Assembly: GCA_022813865.1 (NCBI GenBank)
Contig: JALDZX010000018.1
Location: 248,001 to 312,000 of the forward strand
From: Xylographa opegraphella
Taxonomy: Eukaryota
Reading direction: 5' to 3'
Length of the DNA: 64,000 bases
Within the stretch, counting starts at the first letter, position 1, and each line of letters begins with the position of its first letter. The translations under genes and the position numbers were made by a program. Shown here one piece after another: positions 61,441-64,000 of the stretch. Below the pieces are notes generated by a model. It did not search any database, was not told the DNA's origin, and worked only from the letters and a program-made list of their open reading frames with translations.

Positions 61441-61754
61441 CCCGATCCAGTCTGCCAGGCATCAAGTAGATCCCTAGCCCCAGACTCACAGAATACAACG
61501 GAGATAAACCTAGTTCGAGCTGATATTGATGCTCACCAGTCCTGGCTGGTCGGCTAAATTTGATTGGTGCAGACCCTTGCCGAACAGGGGTTTGGACGTC
61601 ACACACCTCAAGCACCAAGCAGCTCTCCTCATGACAACAAAAGTCACGTCCCTTTCTTATTTGGCGTCATTAACAATCTTTGTTCCCGAAGTGGCTTCAA
61701 AACGATCCGCGAAGTACTGAGCGACCCAACTTCATCCCCAAAGAATTATCCACA

Positions 61755-62128
61755 ATGGTGCACAAAATCCTTTTCTGGGGCGGCTTCGGTATATTGAGCT
61801 CCTTCACCTCTGGTGTTTAACGTGATTAAATAGACGCTGACTTTGGGTAGGCCTGGCCGTACGATTCTGGCAGCTCGGCATTGAAATGCGCCCATTCTTC
61901 AACAGGGAATCGTTATGGGCATACCCAGTATTTGCTGCAGCAGGTGGAAGCTTTGGGTACTGGTTAACGGGCGTCGAACAAAATCAACTCAATATATTGA
62001 CGGGTAGGAGGAATGCGTTACTGGAGAAAAGGAGGCGGAGAGCCGAACGAGAAGGGCGGGAAGGACCAATAGAAGGAGCGCACGAGGATAAAAATGTTCA
62101 GCCTGGAGCAATGTTGACAGGTTCATGA
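61755..62128 (+). CDS. NADH:ubiquinone oxidoreductase 14 kDa accessory subunit (NDUFC2/B14.5b-like)
   Basis: MVHKILFWGGF|GLAVRFWQLGIEMRPFFN..GGSFGYWL..LLEKRRRR. One intron. Confidence 0.85.
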
Positions 62129-62589
62129 TGAATGAGATACTCTCGGACTGGGTGGAGAGGCTGGCATGGATGGACGATTCGGAAATCGGGGGTTATTGTA
62201 CCATTCGCCCAATGCTGGCCCAGCTTGACAGTATATTTGGGGCGCTTCGAGGAACTCCTTTTGCACGTGCTACGGGCAATTGCAATATTGGCATGTTACA
62301 GAGCATAAGATAATGACTCAAGAGTATCAGCAGTTCTATCCTTTTGTTTTTTCAAATTGTGGAGCTACGAACAAATGCAGAGCGATTTGCGCTTGACCGT
62401 CCACTGCAAGAACAATCTGTGCTAGAAACGTCTTGACCAACGACACTATCTGGAGTGGCATAACGTGCATCAATATTTCCAGCGCTCCCAAAGCTTCGCT
62501 AAAGACTTTTCCCTGGCTATACCTGCGCTACGAAATACATCGCCCACGAACATAGTTCAATGAAGTCGATATCAAAATATCAATCACTA

Positions 62590-63221
62590 TTATAATATCT
62601 CGTCTTCGGAGTCTGGGGGGTTCGCTGGAAGCTGGATATGCTCTGGAGATAGAACAGCCGTTGTTTCGGCAAGCGGACTGGCTACTGCGTCTTCAACCTG
62701 CATCTCCTCATCCTCCCAGCCATCTTCATCCTCCTCTTTAGGTATTGGCTTCGTTCTCTTGTCATGAACCTTGCCATTCAGCTCATCCCATGCCGCCTGA
62801 CAATAATTTAGCATTCGAAGCTCTAGGTCTCGTGGAGAACGTACGCTGCGCTCTTTCACTGCCTTGCCCTTTATCGCACTGCGCTCCACCTTCTTCTCCT
62901 TTTTATCAATCACAGCCTCTGCCCTTTCCATCCCCTTCTCGTGCCTGAGACGTTGTTGTCGGCTTAAAGACTTCCCTTTGCCTTTTCGTTTCACGATACC
63001 GGCGCCGTTGTGAACTGACAGGACAGAGGGATGTGATGCAGAACCCGTATTAGGCGATTTGACACCTTTGAGTGATTTATCAAGGTTTATTGAAGGAGAA
63101 GAAGCTCGCTTGGCCGCTCGGGAGTGTATCGACTTTGCTGAGTTCGATCAGCGGAGAGCACTTCTCGTGGAGCTGACGTCTTGCATTTGTTGTTCTTCTT
63201 CAGCTTAGCAGTCTTCGCCAT
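62590..63221 (-). CDS. ALB1: Alb1-family pre-60S ribosome biogenesis factor
   Basis: MAKTAKLKK..SIHSRAAKRASSPSINLDKSL..EKGMERAEAVIDK..KERS|AAWDELN. Two introns. Confidence 0.8.
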
Positions 63222-63550
63222 GACTGTAGCTATCTTCCTGTAGGATGGACTTTAGTGGAACTAGGACCTATGCTAATGGGAGGAAGGGGCGCAGGTCGAC
63301 GGTACGGAGTAAAATGTTACGTCAAATGCAGTGTCTCGTTTTCCCGGATGACATTTCCTTTCACGCGACCACATCACTATTCGACAACTTTGCTCATGCT
63401 TGTTATTCTCAACTATCTGCATAATATAGCTCCAGATCGGACAGCTATTTCTTGGAGTAGTAATCTACATATTCTGAGGCCTACATTTGCGAAAGTATCA
63501 GGAACATGCTCCACGGGTAGCGGGAGGGCTCCAGCAAACCTTTTTCCACA

Positions 63551-64000
63551 ATGAGCTCTGAGTTGAGAACAGAAACATCTGAAGCTTTCAATAGCTGGAA
63601 AGGCTCGCAGAACTTAGGTATTCCAATTGCCTGGACCACACTACTTGCTTATGGCATGCTCGCCGTGTTGTTCTGCTACTACGTCCTTCAAACTCTTGAC
63701 TATTATCCACTCCTATCTATTCCGGAACGAGCGTGGGAGGTACTTGTATACATGACGCCGTCATCTCTAGTGATTGCACTGGACAAGCGCAAAAATACAT
63801 CAAGCGAAGGCAAGCCAGAGAACCCCGAAGATTATTCAAGGTCTCGATCATTTGCAGCAAAGAGTGACGCGATGAGACATATTCTGGGACTAAATAGTGC
63901 GAGTATGCTCAGTAGCTTCCAAAGAGCAAGGTCTTTGTCGGGCATGACCAGCATCTTTAAAGCACCACCTAAAGGCAGTCTTCCAGGATTGGGAAATTGG
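63551..64000 (+). CDS. USP-family ubiquitin C-terminal hydrolase with N-terminal TM segment (Ubp1/Ubp16-like), 5' part
   Basis: Open frame from ATG 63551 to window end. Hydrophobic segment WTTLLAYGMLAVLFCYYVL; ends at the start of the Cys box (LPGLGNW). Confidence 0.75.
   Translation, partial: MSSELRTETSEAFNSWKGSQNLGIPIAWTTLLAYGMLAVLFCYYVLQTLDYYPLLSIPERAWEVLVYMTPSSLVIALDKRKNTSSEGKPENPEDYSRSRSFAAKSDAMRHILGLNSASMLSSFQRARSLSGMTSIFKAPPKGSLPGLGNW

Overview
Gene-dense, intron-containing genomic DNA from a filamentous ascomycete (Pezizomycotina-type GT-AG introns with CTRAC/CTAAT branch sites; the species cannot be determined from sequence alone). About 27 protein-coding genes can be reconstructed. 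Conserved genes include TEL1/ATM (5' part), NUP192, CUL4, ZRG17, a PQ-loop transporter, an MFS transporter, a Zn-alcohol dehydrogenase, DUG3, a PIG-Y/ERI1-domain protein, a Fet3-like multicopper oxidase, LAS1, glyoxalase II, DUF1264, RPS29, a BOD1/Shg1-domain protein, a complex I 14 kDa subunit, ALB1 and the 5' part of a USP deubiquitinase. Accessory genes and several decayed gene relics are interspersed. The most unusual element is an intact 7-exon gene (20906-23329, minus strand) that fuses a fungal HeLo-like/STAND N-terminal domain to a G-alpha fold. It keeps the P-loop but has lost both catalytic residues, and intron retention could yield a HeLo-only isoform. Other notable points: a cryptic transmembrane helix in frame behind the multicopper oxidase stop codon, a hidden mitochondrial presequence exon on glyoxalase II, two GC-AG introns, and recurrent GC-rich islands with a C-to-G skew flip. 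All family calls come from motif recognition by eye; no database searches were run.
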